Below, in pieces: positions 9,829 to 19,646 of a stretch of DNA of 64,000 nucleotides. Each line of letters starts with the position of its first letter. Within the stretch, counting starts at the first letter, position 1. Below the pieces are notes generated by a model, which worked only from the letters and a program-made list of their open reading frames with translations, searched no databases and was not told the DNA's origin. Source of the stretch: Planctomycetota bacterium (GTDB lineage Bacteria; Planctomycetota; UBA8108; SXIK01); contig CBDCXR010000004.1 of NCBI GenBank assembly GCA_965223845.1, positions 1,664,001 to 1,728,000 on the forward strand, in the 5' to 3' direction. Position numbers and translations under genes: made by a program.

Positions 9829-9959
9829 GATGCGCGTCGATCCTGCGGGCAATCGAATCTCTCGACGAGCACGGGCCTCGCGACGAGACGATCCGCAGGC
9901 GCAATCGGCCGAGTCGATTGCCGGAGAATCCAGTGACAACCATCGAGAGAAACGCACCC

Positions 9960-12038
9960 ATGAACCGGAATTTCAGCTGGAGTTTGCTTCTTTTTTGCGC
10001 CTCGAGCGCGGCGTCGCTCCCGGCCGCGGATGTCGACGAAGTCGTCGCGAAGCTCAAGAGTGCGGACGGCGGCGAGCGGAGAGCGGGGTGGACGGCGGCC
10101 AAAGAACTGGGCGCCGAGGCGGTTCTGCCGATCGCCGCGCTGATCGACGCCGCGCGCGGTGACATTCCGCTCGCGGGGAAGCTCGCGCTTCGAAAGCTCG
10201 CGCACGGAACCGAAGCGGGGAGCGAACGACGAACCGCCGTGAGCACGGCGATCGCCGAAGCTCTCGGGGCGAAGGATCTGTCGCTCTTCGCTCGGCGCGA
10301 ACTCGCTGAGTTGCTCGGGTCGATCGGCGGCGACGAAGCCGTCCCCGCGCTCGAGAGACTCCTCCGCGAGAGTCGGCTCCGGGACGTGGCGCGTCGAGCG
10401 CTCGAGCGGGTTCCGGGAGCGGCGGCGACCCGCGCCCTAATCGGGGCGCTCGAGGGTACCGCGGGTACGTTTCACGAGTCGCTCATCTCGACTCTCGGTA
10501 CGCGCGGCGACGTGACGGCGATCGGTGCACTGGTGAAGCTCGTGCAAACGGGTGCGATCAGCGCGCGCGTCGCGGCTGCACGCGCACTCACACGCCTCGA
10601 TCACGCCGAATCGCTCGGGGAGATCGTTCGCGTGATCGAGATTGTCCGCGGGCGGGACCAGCGAGATCTCAGCGACGACGTCCTCGGGATGGCCGATCGC
10701 TTGAAGGCGAAAGGCGAGGTCCAGAGCGCCGAGCGAATCTACCGCGGCGCCTACGAGAATTCCTTCATCGATACGATCCGCTACGCGTCGCTCTACGCAC
10801 TCGCGAAAGACGATCCCGCCAGGCACGTCGGAGATCTTCTGAACGCCCTCGACGACGAGTCCGAGGTTCTTCGCGGACTCGCGATGGAGCTCCTCAGTAC
10901 CGGTGGGGGAAAGGAGCTCGATGGGACTCTCGTCGCGACGTACGGATCGTCGTCGGGGTCGAGAAGGGCAGGACTGCTCCGAGTGCTGAGTGCGCGGAAG
11001 GCGGACGCCGCTCCGGAGCTGATCAAGAGGGGACTCGAAGACGAGAGCGTCGACGTGAAGATCACCGCGCTCGAGCTGTCGGGTGACCTCGCGAGTCCCG
11101 AAGTCGAAGATCTCCTCGTCGAGGCGATCGAGGACGGCGGCCCGGGTGTCCGCGAGGTGGCGATCGCATCCTATCTCGAGATGGCAGGGGCTCTCGGGAG
11201 TGAGAACGCGGCACGCGCGCGCGCGATGTACCGCCGTATTCTCGCGGCGACGAACGACAAGGGAATTTATGGCGAGGCGCTCGTGGCACTCGCGCGGATC
11301 GGAACTCCGGGTCTCGGAGACATCATCGCGAAGGCGAATGAGGATCCGGGACTCACAGTTCCCGCGACGCTCGCGAAGATTTACCGTGCCCGCGGCGAGG
11401 GGCTCTACGGGAACACGGCTGCCGCTCTGGAATCGCTGAACGCCCTGGTCGCGTCGGGAGAAGGCGGCCGTAAGGCTAAAGATCTCGCGCTTCAGACCAT
11501 TATCGAGCTCGGCGGCGATCCGGCGGTCTCGCAGAAGCTGCGCGGCATTCTGACATCCTATTGGGTGCTCGGTCCCTTTCCCGGGGGCACGGGAGCCGAG
11601 CATCTCGATCGCGAGCTCTCGCCAGAAGAGGCGGTCGATCTCAACGAGCAGCTCGATCACCGCAACCGAAAACGCAAGTGGCGCGAGATTCAGTCGACGG
11701 CGGACGATGGACTCGTCGACTTCGAGCAGATTTTCCGCCGAACGGAGAATGTGATCGCGTACGCGTACACCGAACTCGTCGCGGCGGACGATTTCCCCAT
11801 CATTTTCCGGCTCGGCAGCGACGACGGGATCAAGGTGTTTCTGAACGGCGAGGAGATCCATCGCAATCCCGCGACCCGCGGGTATTCGCGCGACTCGGAT
11901 ACGGCGGACGGACGCCTGAAGAAAGGTAAGAACGAAATCCTCCTCAAAATTTCACAGGGCGGCGGCCAGTGGGTGTTCGCTGCGCGAGTGACCGACGCCG
12001 ACGGGAAACCGATCGATCTTCGCGCGCTGACGAAGTAG
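9960..12038 (+). CDS. Secreted HEAT-repeat protein with C-terminal PA14-like beta domain
   Basis: Signal peptide; HEAT-like helical repeats; C-terminal W.VLGPF...AYAY...GSDDGIKVFLNG...LKKGKNEILLK. Confidence 0.8.
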   Translation: MNRNFSWSLLLFCASSAASLPAADVDEVVAKLKSADGGERRAGWTAAKELGAEAVLPIAALIDAARGDIPLAGKLALRKLAHGTEAGSERRTAVSTAIAEALGAKDLSLFARRELAELLGSIGGDEAVPALERLLRESRLRDVARRALERVPGAAATRALIGALEGTAGTFHESLISTLGTRGDVTAIGALVKLVQTGAISARVAAARALTRLDHAESLGEIVRVIEIVRGRDQRDLSDDVLGMADRLKAKGEVQSAERIYRGAYENSFIDTIRYASLYALAKDDPARHVGDLLNALDDESEVLRGLAMELLSTGGGKELDGTLVATYGSSSGSRRAGLLRVLSARKADAAPELIKRGLEDESVDVKITALELSGDLASPEVEDLLVEAIEDGGPGVREVAIASYLEMAGALGSENAARARAMYRRILAATNDKGIYGEALVALARIGTPGLGDIIAKANEDPGLTVPATLAKIYRARGEGLYGNTAAALESLNALVASGEGGRKAKDLALQTIIELGGDPAVSQKLRGILTSYWVLGPFPGGTGAEHLDRELSPEEAVDLNEQLDHRNRKRKWREIQSTADDGLVDFEQIFRRTENVIAYAYTELVAADDFPIIFRLGSDDGIKVFLNGEEIHRNPATRGYSRDSDTADGRLKKGKNEILLKISQGGGQWVFAARVTDADGKPIDLRALTK

Positions 12039-12056
12039 CGGCGACCATAACCGCGC

Positions 12057-12085
12057 TTGACGCTCCTCGGCACGCGTGGTACACA
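12057..12085 (+). promoter_or_regulatory. Putative sigma70 promoter of tRNA-Pro
   Basis: TTGACG-N17-TACACA with a TG extension, about 60 bp upstream of the tRNA. Confidence 0.55.
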
Positions 12086-12142
12086 TCGCGTTCGCTTAAC
12101 TCCTTGTCGCGCAAGCACAAAGGGCGTTGAGGACGATAACCG

Positions 12143-12219
12143 CGGGGTGTGGCGCAGTTTGGTAGCGCGTCTGACTGGGGGTCAGAAGGTCGTAGGTTCA
12201 AGTCCTATCACCCCGACCA
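12143..12219 (+). tRNA. tRNA-Pro (GGG)
   Basis: CGGGGTG acceptor stem pairs with CACCCCG; D arm GCGCAGTTTGGTAGCGC; anticodon arm TCTGA-CT-GGG-GG-TCAGA; GGTTCAAGTCC T arm; encoded CCA. Confidence 0.97.
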
Positions 12220-12226
12220 AGAATTC

Positions 12227-12261
12227 AGGGACTCGCGGTGAATCACCGTGAGTCCCTTTTT
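12227..12261 (+). terminator. Rho-independent terminator of tRNA-Pro
   Basis: Long stem AGGGACTCGCGGTG/CACCGTGAGTCCCT followed by a T tract. Confidence 0.85.
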
Positions 12262-12302
12262 GGTGGTTGGTCCGCTGGTTAGTCCTTGCGTCCCGGGTTT
12301 CC

Positions 12303-12665
12303 GGCGACCCCGAACGCGGGTCCGCTTCGCGCGGGCGACCCCGAACGCGGGTCCGCTTTGAGTGAACTCTGTTCATCTGAAAATGCGAACACGGCGACCC
12401 CGAACGCGGGTCCGCTTTGAGTGAACTCTGTTCATCTGAAAATGCGTACGTTATATGGATTAGTATTGGCTGGGCGAACGCGAGGAGGAACGCCCGCAGT
12501 CCGGTTGGTTCACCGGCGAATCAACACGTTCGGCGACCCCGAACGCGGGTCCGCTTTGAGTGAACTCTGTTCATCTGGAAATGCGTACGTTATATGGATT
12601 AGTATTGGCTGGGCGAACGCGAGGAGGAGCGCCCGCAGTCCGGTTGGTTCACCGGCGAATCAACA
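12303..12665. repeat. Nested direct-repeat ladder (25, 54, 134, 134 bp) sharing a left end; REP-like hairpins
   Basis: GGCGACCCCGAACGCGGGTCCGCTT begins at 12303, 12334, 12393 and 12532; the two 134-bp copies differ at 2 positions. Confidence 0.95.
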
Positions 12666-12781
12666 AGACCTTCCCGCACGCGACAAGTTTCAACGAGAAG
12701 TTCTGAGGTGGGGGCGGTTCTCCTCCGTTCGAGCGCATCATCTTGGCGCGCTCAACGAGGCATCGAGGCGATCCGAGCGAC

Positions 12782-13696
12782 CTACGGAGCCGCCGGCACC
12801 GCGCCTGAAACAGGTGGATCGCATTTTTGTAGGTGGAACACGCGCATCCAATACGTCCCGGCGGGGAACACCACATCCTTCACACCGCTCCGATACCGCT
12901 CGAGTGCGGCTCGGTAGCGCTTTCTAAAGCTGATCAGTGCGCGGATTTCTTCGATTCTCGGCTCGGGTCGTTTCGCTTGGATGTTCGGCGAGAGCTTCCA
13001 CTTCTTCTCGTAGCTAACCGGCGCGTCGGTAGGACTCTGATTTCGTACGCGCCTCGCGCCGAGGAATCCTGGACCCTTTCGCGCGACCTCCGCGCGGTAG
13101 TCGGCTTCGCGCTCAGCGATCTCTTCCTCCAGTTCCGCGACAAACTCTTCGCGCTCTCGTCCGGCGAAGCACGGAGGCGGTGTGAGTTGGAGTGAAACCT
13201 CATCGGGCATCAGATCGGAAAAAAACCATCCGGGCCTTTCCGCGGAGATCGTCGCGCCGAACTGACGCGGCTCGCTTCGGAGTCCCGGCCAATCACTCGC
13301 CGCCGGGACGAGCCCCGAGGAAACGGGATTGCAATAGGTGTAGACGAGCTGCCGAATGACGTCGGCCGACTCTACCGCCCGCACGCAGTTCGGTCCGCTG
13401 CAGTCGAAGAGGCTCCCGAAGCGACCGCGGAGCGCATTTAGGCAGCGGGCGACGAGGAGATTGAAACGCTGCAGAAACTCGGCGCACTGGTTCGACGGAT
13501 CGGTCAGCACGAGATGGTAGTGATTCGAGAGGATCACAAAACCGTGAATCGCTACGCCGGTCTTCGCCGCTGCATAGGCGAGGCAATAGAGGACGGCACG
13601 GTTCACCTTGTCTTCGGGGCGAAGCAGGAACTGCCGTCCGCTGCACCGGCGCGTGATCAGATACGTCGCGCCAGGAAGGAATCTCCTCGGTTCCAA
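12782..13696 (-). mobile_element. HUH/Y1 transposase, REP-associated tyrosine transposase (RAYT)-like
   Basis: YLITRRCSGRQFLLRP N-terminus, HUH motif FVILSNHYHLV, Y..NPV.SGLV....DWPG and FPAGTYW; TTG start preceded by a GGAGG RBS. Confidence 0.9.
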
Positions 13697-14360
13697 AACC
13701 GTTGAACCTCCGCGATGTAGACGTCGTCGCGCGGGCCGTCGATGGTCCACCGCGGTAGGGCCGGGCATCCATAGCATGAGGGGAATCAGCGCGTTCGCAA
13801 CGCACCCGGGTTCGCGAGGAGGCCGACCCGAGTGCCGTCGCCGTCCCCACGCGATTCGACGTAGGACGAAGTCACCGGGAACCGAGGGTTCACCGGTCCG
13901 CCAATCTCCGTCTAATCTCCCTCTAATCGGGCCGGGCGTACCCTCCGGTTCACCGGCGCAGGAGTTCCTCCTTCGCTTGCAGCCCGCAACTCGCGCGGGA
14001 AGACCCGGCGCCGGATCTTTGTGGATCGTAACGAACGAGCCGGGCGAGTCCACCGCTCGGCCCCTCTTCGACCACGAGCGTCGGGGATCGCCACGAATCG
14101 TCGACGGATTCAGTCTTCGACGAAGGGCGAACGGGCGACGCGCCCCGCGACGTTCATCCGTCGTGCACTACGCCACTCGAGGTGTCGGGGTCTGCGGGCA
14201 AACAAGATCGCGGGGCTTCGGCGGTTCGACCCGCTTCGGACTTCTCGACGGATACGCCGCCCGGACGATCGGTTCGGTCCCGACGCCTTACTTCCCCGCT
14301 CAGGATACCGCAGCGACGGACGCCGTCTCGTCGGCGAACCCGCATCGGGCCGGGATCGGG

Positions 14361-17300
14361 TCACCGGAGCGAGAGCAAATACCCGAGGAGATCGGAAAAC
14401 TCGTCGTCGCTCAGGATCTCACCGACATTCCCCGGCATCGGCGAGGCGCTCGTCTCGGTCACTTCCGCGGCTTGATCCTTCGCTAGCCGAAGCTCCTTTC
14501 CCTCGCGGTCGATGATCGTAAGGAGCGCGTCGTCGGACGGTCGCAGGAGTCCGCTGAGGACGTCGCCTTCGACGGTCACGATCGTCGTTTGCCGAAACGC
14601 GACGTCCACGTTCCGGTTGGGAGCGACGATGTCCTCGAGGAGTCGATCGAGCCCGCGATTGCCGATCCCGTCGAGATTCGGCGCAAAGGGAGCGCCTTCG
14701 TCTCCGACGCGATGGCATACGGCGCACTGCTTCTTGAAGATCTCGCGACCGCGACCCGGCTCTCCGCCCCGCTCGAGGTACCGCTTCCGTCTCGACGCGA
14801 GCTCCGCCGCTACCTCGGTGGACTCGTCGGGGAGGTCGCGCACCCAGCCCTCGACCCGCTCTCGATCGGCGGCAACCAGCGCGCGGGAGAGCTTCGCCCG
14901 AAAGGAGACTTGAGCGAGGAGCCGAGTCGAAGCCGTCCCGGCGGCGAAGAACGAAACGAGGAGGCTCGCGCCGTTTGGATCGGATGCGAGTCGATCCGCA
15001 AGCCGAAGCTGTTCCGCTGCGGTCGCCGCCTTCATCGCGGTCGCAAGCGAAGCGGTCGCCGCGTTCGCGTCACCCGCGATCAGCGCTTCGAACGATGCAC
15101 GACGAAGCGCGAGGTCGGCGCCCCGCACGCGAGCGACGTCGGCGAGCGCCGACGAAATCGAGCCCGCATCGATCCCGGCGAGTGAGTCTGCAAGCGCCGA
15201 CGAAGTGTCGCGGTCGCCGGCGTGCCGGCGGAGCAGCGTCGCGAGCTCGCCGCGCAGCGACTCCAGGCGAAACTCCGACGCCAGTCGAGCACCCGTCTGA
15301 ACCCGTTCGGGGATCTCGCTGGGGTTGAGCCCATCGACGGAGAATCGACCCGCCGCCAACCACGCGAAGGCTCCTCGTGAATCGCCGTCGACGAGCTCGC
15401 AGTAAACTCTTCGGCCGGCGAGGTCGCCGGTCTGCCAAGTCACCCGCTGCGCGACATCGTTTCGCGGCGGCGGGAAGCGCTTCAGGACTCGATGCGTGCC
15501 GGCATCGCGAACGTGGACCGCGTTGCGTCCCGACGGTGCTCCCGGCGGGGCGCCGTCGTGTCCCGCGAGAAAGAAGCGAAACGCTTCGGGAAGCGAGAAC
15601 GACTGCGAACGAAAGATCCCGGTTCGCTGTTCGCCGCGCGGAAACGAGCTCCAGAGACGCGTCGATCGTCTCCCGTCTGACGATTGACGGCGCGTGGAGA
15701 CGACCCAGCAGGTCTGTCTCTCCGGTGTATCGGGATGCGGGAGGAACGACCAGGATAGCGGTGTTGTCGCCGCTGCTTTCTCGATCGCATCTTCTCCGGT
15801 TGGATTCACTCCGGTCACGGAGAAGCGTCCCGCGGAAATCCATGCGAAGCCGTCCGCGCTGATGCCATCGACGATCTTGAGGCGAGCTTTCGCCCCCGCA
15901 TGCTCGGTGAGATCCCACTCGACCCGCTGAGCGATGTCGTTTCGCGGCGGGAGCTCGCGCCGGAGGACCTCTCCGCTGCCGGAGAGAACGAGCGCAACGT
16001 GGTTCTCGACTCGAGCCGGTCTCGGTGGGGGACCGGAGTGACCCGCGAGAAAGAAACTCAAGGTTTGCGGAAGCGTGAACTCGCGCGAGACGACACTCCC
16101 CGTGAGTTTCTCGCCGGCGGCGAGGCTTCCGACGAACCACGATGCCCGATCGCCATCCGAGGATGTTCTCTGCTCGGGAGCGAACGGGTTTGGGGCGCCG
16201 TCATTCGAGCGCGCGAAAGACCACTTCGGCTGCGCCTCTCCGCCGACTCCGAGGTACCACGTCGAGAGGGCTCGGGCCCAGTCGACGACCACGGCGGGGC
16301 GTTCGAGTCCGCGGCTCTCGAGTCCGGCGCGAACGGCGTCGAGCAACTCGAGCTGGAGCGCGTGGGCGCCCTCGAAACGATCGCGGACGAGCTCGACGAG
16401 AGCGCGAATCGAATCGGGCGAGACATGACGCACGGCGAATCGCAGGTACCGCGTCAGTCGCCCGCGGTCCTCGATCGGAGCGCGGAGAAGATGCGCGGCG
16501 AGAAATTCTCCTGCCGCCGCGGTCTTCAAGGCGAGGCAGAGGTCAGCGAGCTCGGCCCGGGCGTTCGCGGGAAGATCGCCGGCTGCGATCTCGGCGAACC
16601 AATTCTCGTTCTGCAAATGCGAGCGAAGCGCGAGGCGGAGGCTGTAACGCAGGTGCGGATCCCGTTCGCCGATCTCGACGAGCGTGTGGAGCAGCGGATC
16701 GATGAAGTCTCGTGCCGGTCGCGTTGCCGCCGCCGTCGCGGCGGCGCGGCGGACGAGGGGGGCGGCATCGCGAAGACCCGCGCGGAGTACGCCGAGCGAA
16801 AGCGCATCATCGCGCAGCGCGGCGATGCGCATCGCGTGAACTCGAACGAGTGGAGAGCGATCCGCACCCGCGGCAGAGAATCGTTCGTCGGTCAGATGAC
16901 CCGAACGATGGAGAATCCAGCTCGCCCGCGCGCGCGCGAGCGGGGCCCCGCGGCGAAACGACTCGACGACGAGTTCGAGAGCCTTCTCATCGAGCTCGCC
17001 GAGGATCCGTTCGACGAGAAGCTGGGCGCGCGTCTCGAGATTCGTGTCGAGAGCGGCGACGGCCTCTTCGAGCGACCAACGCGTAAGATCCGGAGTCCGA
17101 TCGACCCGCGCGCGCGCTCGTTCGCTTCCGGCGTCCCGCCGCGCAGCTTGATCGCGATAGACGACGCGCCAGATGCGACCACGATGGCGATCTCGACCCG
17201 GATGGTCGAGCGGGACTTCGTAGTGACCGATGATGCGATTGTAGAAATCGGCGACGTAGAGAGCGCCGTCCGGTCCAACCTGAAGGTCGACGGGCCGAAA

Positions 17301-19562
17301 CCAGGGGTCATTCGACACGAGGAAGTCGGACTCCTCTCTCGCGCGGACGCTCGCGCCGTCTCGCTCGAGCGAGTTCCGATTGATCCGGCTCGTCATCACG
17401 TTGCCGTCGAACGTGCTCCGTTGATAGGCGGACGGAAAGTTCGTCGACTCGCCGACCGCGATCCCCGCGATCGCGGTCGAGCCGTGAAGGTGCTCCATCA
17501 CATTCGGAACGAACCCGAGGCCGTCTCCCGGAGCACCAAAGTGGTCGTAGCGCCCACCTTCGATGAGGAGCGTCACCGGCTTCGTGTGGCAGTCGGCGGA
17601 ATAGAGGTCGCCGTAACGATCGAAGGCGAGTCCGAAGGGATTGACTTGGCCGTAGGTGAACTGCTCGACGCGCGAGCCGTCGACCTTCATGCGCCAAATG
17701 TTTCCCGAGCGCATGTGGATCTCGTGACCGTCGCGTCCGGCGAGACGGGTCTCGTTGTTGAATCCGTGGCAGGCGTACAGCCAACCGTCGAGTCCGCGGG
17801 TGAAGGCGTTACAGAGACCGTGCGTATCTCGCTCCCAACCGACCGGGCCGTAGAGCTTCTCTCGAACGTCGGCGCGATCGTCGCCGTCGGTGTCGCGGAG
17901 GAACCAGATGTTCGGAATGCTGAACACGATCACCCCATCCGCGTGCGGGTAGAGACCGATCGGGATGTTGAGTCCGTCGGCGAATGTCGTGACGGAATCC
18001 GCGCGGCCGTCGCCGTCTTCGTCGACGAGGATCTTGATCGTGTCCTTCGGTTTTCGATCGGGGGGCGCGGCGTAAGGGTATTCCTCGGAGCTCGTGACCC
18101 AGAGTCTGCCGCGAGCGTCGAAGGCGAGGTTCAGCGGCTTTGCGATGTCCGGTTCCGATGCGACGAGCTGGACCTCGAATCCCGGTGGCACGACGAAGCC
18201 GCGCGCCGCTTCGACTGCGGTGAGGGGCGGAGTCGTCCGCACGTGCTGAGAGAAGACCGATGTCCCGGCAACATGGACGGCGGATGACCGCCGCTTCGGA
18301 CGCGCGGCCTCGTACTCCGCGCGAGAAACGCTTCGTCCGCGGTTTACCATCACGTACGTGCCGAGCTTATTCCCGACAAGGATGTCGGTTCTTCCGTCGC
18401 CGGTTACGTCGCCCGCGACGAGCTGCGTACCGACGCCGGAGCGCGCATCGACGAGCCACGGCTCGAACCAAGTGCCCGTCTCGTCTCGGTGCGTCTTCAG
18501 CCAGTAGAGCACCGCGAGCTCGTGCGCTCCAGGGTCTCCGCCTCCGTGAGCGAAGTAGCGCTTTCCGGTGATGATGTCCTGAACGCCGTCACCGTCGACG
18601 TCGGCGAGAGCGACGGCGTGCATTTGGGAGATCGCAAGCCCGTACGGATTCTCGCTCGGTGAGCGCGTGAGAATCGGATGCCGCGTAAATTCCCCTGGCG
18701 CCGTCTGCTCGAACCAGGCGAGGCCGTAGGCGTGCGCGTTTTGGGTCGCCACGACGTCGCGATCGCCGTCGCCGTCGAAATCATAGGCGAAGATCTGCGC
18801 CGCTCCGGACTCAGCGAAGCGGACGGGATGAAAACGAAAGAGCTCGCCGCGCGTTCTAGATTGCTCCCACCAGCCGTTCGTCTCGAGAAGGTCCGGCCGG
18901 CCATCTCCGTTGACGTCACCGACTCCGAGACCGTGGGTGAAGCGTCCGTAGCCGCGGTTCGGCGTGATCGGAGTGAACGCCCACGGCCTCGTCGGCGCGT
19001 CCCAATCGGGCTCGGCGTAGCCGTAGGCGCCGCCGCGGATGCAGACGAGCTCGGGCCGTCCGTCTCCCGTGATGTCGACGAGCGTCGGTGACTCGTTGCT
19101 CACCTCGTCTAGCGCGAGGTGCTTTCGCCAGTGAACGCCCGTACGCCCGGGGTTCTCGAACCAGTGGCCCGCGGCGCCGGGCATCGGAATCGAGAGGATG
19201 TCGATCCGACCGTCACCGTTGAAATCGTGGGTGAACGAAAAAAAGAAATCCGAGTATTGCTTGATCGGCACGGCGCGCGGCGACGTGTACGCGCGACGCT
19301 CGCGAAACTCCGGTCCGGCGTACCAGTACGGACCCGAGATCACATCGTGGTGACCGTCGCCATCGAGGTCAGCGAAGCTCGCGCCTTCGCTGACGAACTC
19401 TTCGGAGAGAGCGATCCGTCGAAACTCCGTCAAGATTCGGTCGTGCGCCGCGAGTTGCGAGCACGCGAGAGAGAGTGCGAGGAATCCGAACAACGGGACG
19501 ACGGGGAGTCGAGAGACTCGGAGCATGAACATGAGACTTCGGTACCTCGGACGGCGCATCAT
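14361..19562 (-). CDS. PVC-type heme-binding CxxCH protein (FG-GAP repeats, dehydrogenase-like beta-propeller, HEAT, C-terminal cytochrome c)
   Basis: VCBS loops; VPPGFEVQLVASEPDIAKP, DPWFRPVDLQVGPDGALYVADFYN; CAVCH...PNLDGIG...SPMP. Confidence 0.9.
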   Translation of the reverse strand: MMRRPRYRSLMFMLRVSRLPVVPLFGFLALSLACSQLAAHDRILTEFRRIALSEEFVSEGASFADLDGDGHHDVISGPYWYAGPEFRERRAYTSPRAVPIKQYSDFFFSFTHDFNGDGRIDILSIPMPGAAGHWFENPGRTGVHWRKHLALDEVSNESPTLVDITGDGRPELVCIRGGAYGYAEPDWDAPTRPWAFTPITPNRGYGRFTHGLGVGDVNGDGRPDLLETNGWWEQSRTRGELFRFHPVRFAESGAAQIFAYDFDGDGDRDVVATQNAHAYGLAWFEQTAPGEFTRHPILTRSPSENPYGLAISQMHAVALADVDGDGVQDIITGKRYFAHGGGDPGAHELAVLYWLKTHRDETGTWFEPWLVDARSGVGTQLVAGDVTGDGRTDILVGNKLGTYVMVNRGRSVSRAEYEAARPKRRSSAVHVAGTSVFSQHVRTTPPLTAVEAARGFVVPPGFEVQLVASEPDIAKPLNLAFDARGRLWVTSSEEYPYAAPPDRKPKDTIKILVDEDGDGRADSVTTFADGLNIPIGLYPHADGVIVFSIPNIWFLRDTDGDDRADVREKLYGPVGWERDTHGLCNAFTRGLDGWLYACHGFNNETRLAGRDGHEIHMRSGNIWRMKVDGSRVEQFTYGQVNPFGLAFDRYGDLYSADCHTKPVTLLIEGGRYDHFGAPGDGLGFVPNVMEHLHGSTAIAGIAVGESTNFPSAYQRSTFDGNVMTSRINRNSLERDGASVRAREESDFLVSNDPWFRPVDLQVGPDGALYVADFYNRIIGHYEVPLDHPGRDRHRGRIWRVVYRDQAARRDAGSERARARVDRTPDLTRWSLEEAVAALDTNLETRAQLLVERILGELDEKALELVVESFRRGAPLARARASWILHRSGHLTDERFSAAGADRSPLVRVHAMRIAALRDDALSLGVLRAGLRDAAPLVRRAAATAAATRPARDFIDPLLHTLVEIGERDPHLRYSLRLALRSHLQNENWFAEIAAGDLPANARAELADLCLALKTAAAGEFLAAHLLRAPIEDRGRLTRYLRFAVRHVSPDSIRALVELVRDRFEGAHALQLELLDAVRAGLESRGLERPAVVVDWARALSTWYLGVGGEAQPKWSFARSNDGAPNPFAPEQRTSSDGDRASWFVGSLAAGEKLTGSVVSREFTLPQTLSFFLAGHSGPPPRPARVENHVALVLSGSGEVLRRELPPRNDIAQRVEWDLTEHAGAKARLKIVDGISADGFAWISAGRFSVTGVNPTGEDAIEKAAATTPLSWSFLPHPDTPERQTCWVVSTRRQSSDGRRSTRLWSSFPRGEQRTGIFRSQSFSLPEAFRFFLAGHDGAPPGAPSGRNAVHVRDAGTHRVLKRFPPPRNDVAQRVTWQTGDLAGRRVYCELVDGDSRGAFAWLAAGRFSVDGLNPSEIPERVQTGARLASEFRLESLRGELATLLRRHAGDRDTSSALADSLAGIDAGSISSALADVARVRGADLALRRASFEALIAGDANAATASLATAMKAATAAEQLRLADRLASDPNGASLLVSFFAAGTASTRLLAQVSFRAKLSRALVAADRERVEGWVRDLPDESTEVAAELASRRKRYLERGGEPGRGREIFKKQCAVCHRVGDEGAPFAPNLDGIGNRGLDRLLEDIVAPNRNVDVAFRQTTIVTVEGDVLSGLLRPSDDALLTIIDREGKELRLAKDQAAEVTETSASPMPGNVGEILSDDEFSDLLGYLLSLR

Positions 19563-19646
19563 AGATCGATGGGCGAAGCGTAGTCGACGACGCGGGTCGG
19601 AGCAACGTCTGGAACGAGTCGCGACCCGAACAAACGGAATCGACTT

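Noticed and set aside
6625-9957. 1110-aa minus ORF and 906-aa plus ORF (7108-9828) that overlap extensively
   Set aside because: Each N-terminal extension is the stop-free antisense frame of the other real gene, a high-GC codon effect; the real genes are about 6625-8424 and 8581-9828.
12303-12665. Possible CRISPR array
   Set aside because: Inter-repeat sequences are copies of each other with very unequal lengths, and there are no cas genes.
12143-14361. tRNA-integrated genomic island
   Set aside because: No integrase and no duplicated tRNA 3' end seen; GGTTCGACCC near 14223 lacks a cloverleaf.
15900-18287. 795-aa plus-strand ORF and many similar long shadow ORFs (e.g. 54095-56086, 41365-43005, 59119-60741)
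   Set aside because: Antisense to well-supported genes, with no recognisable motifs.
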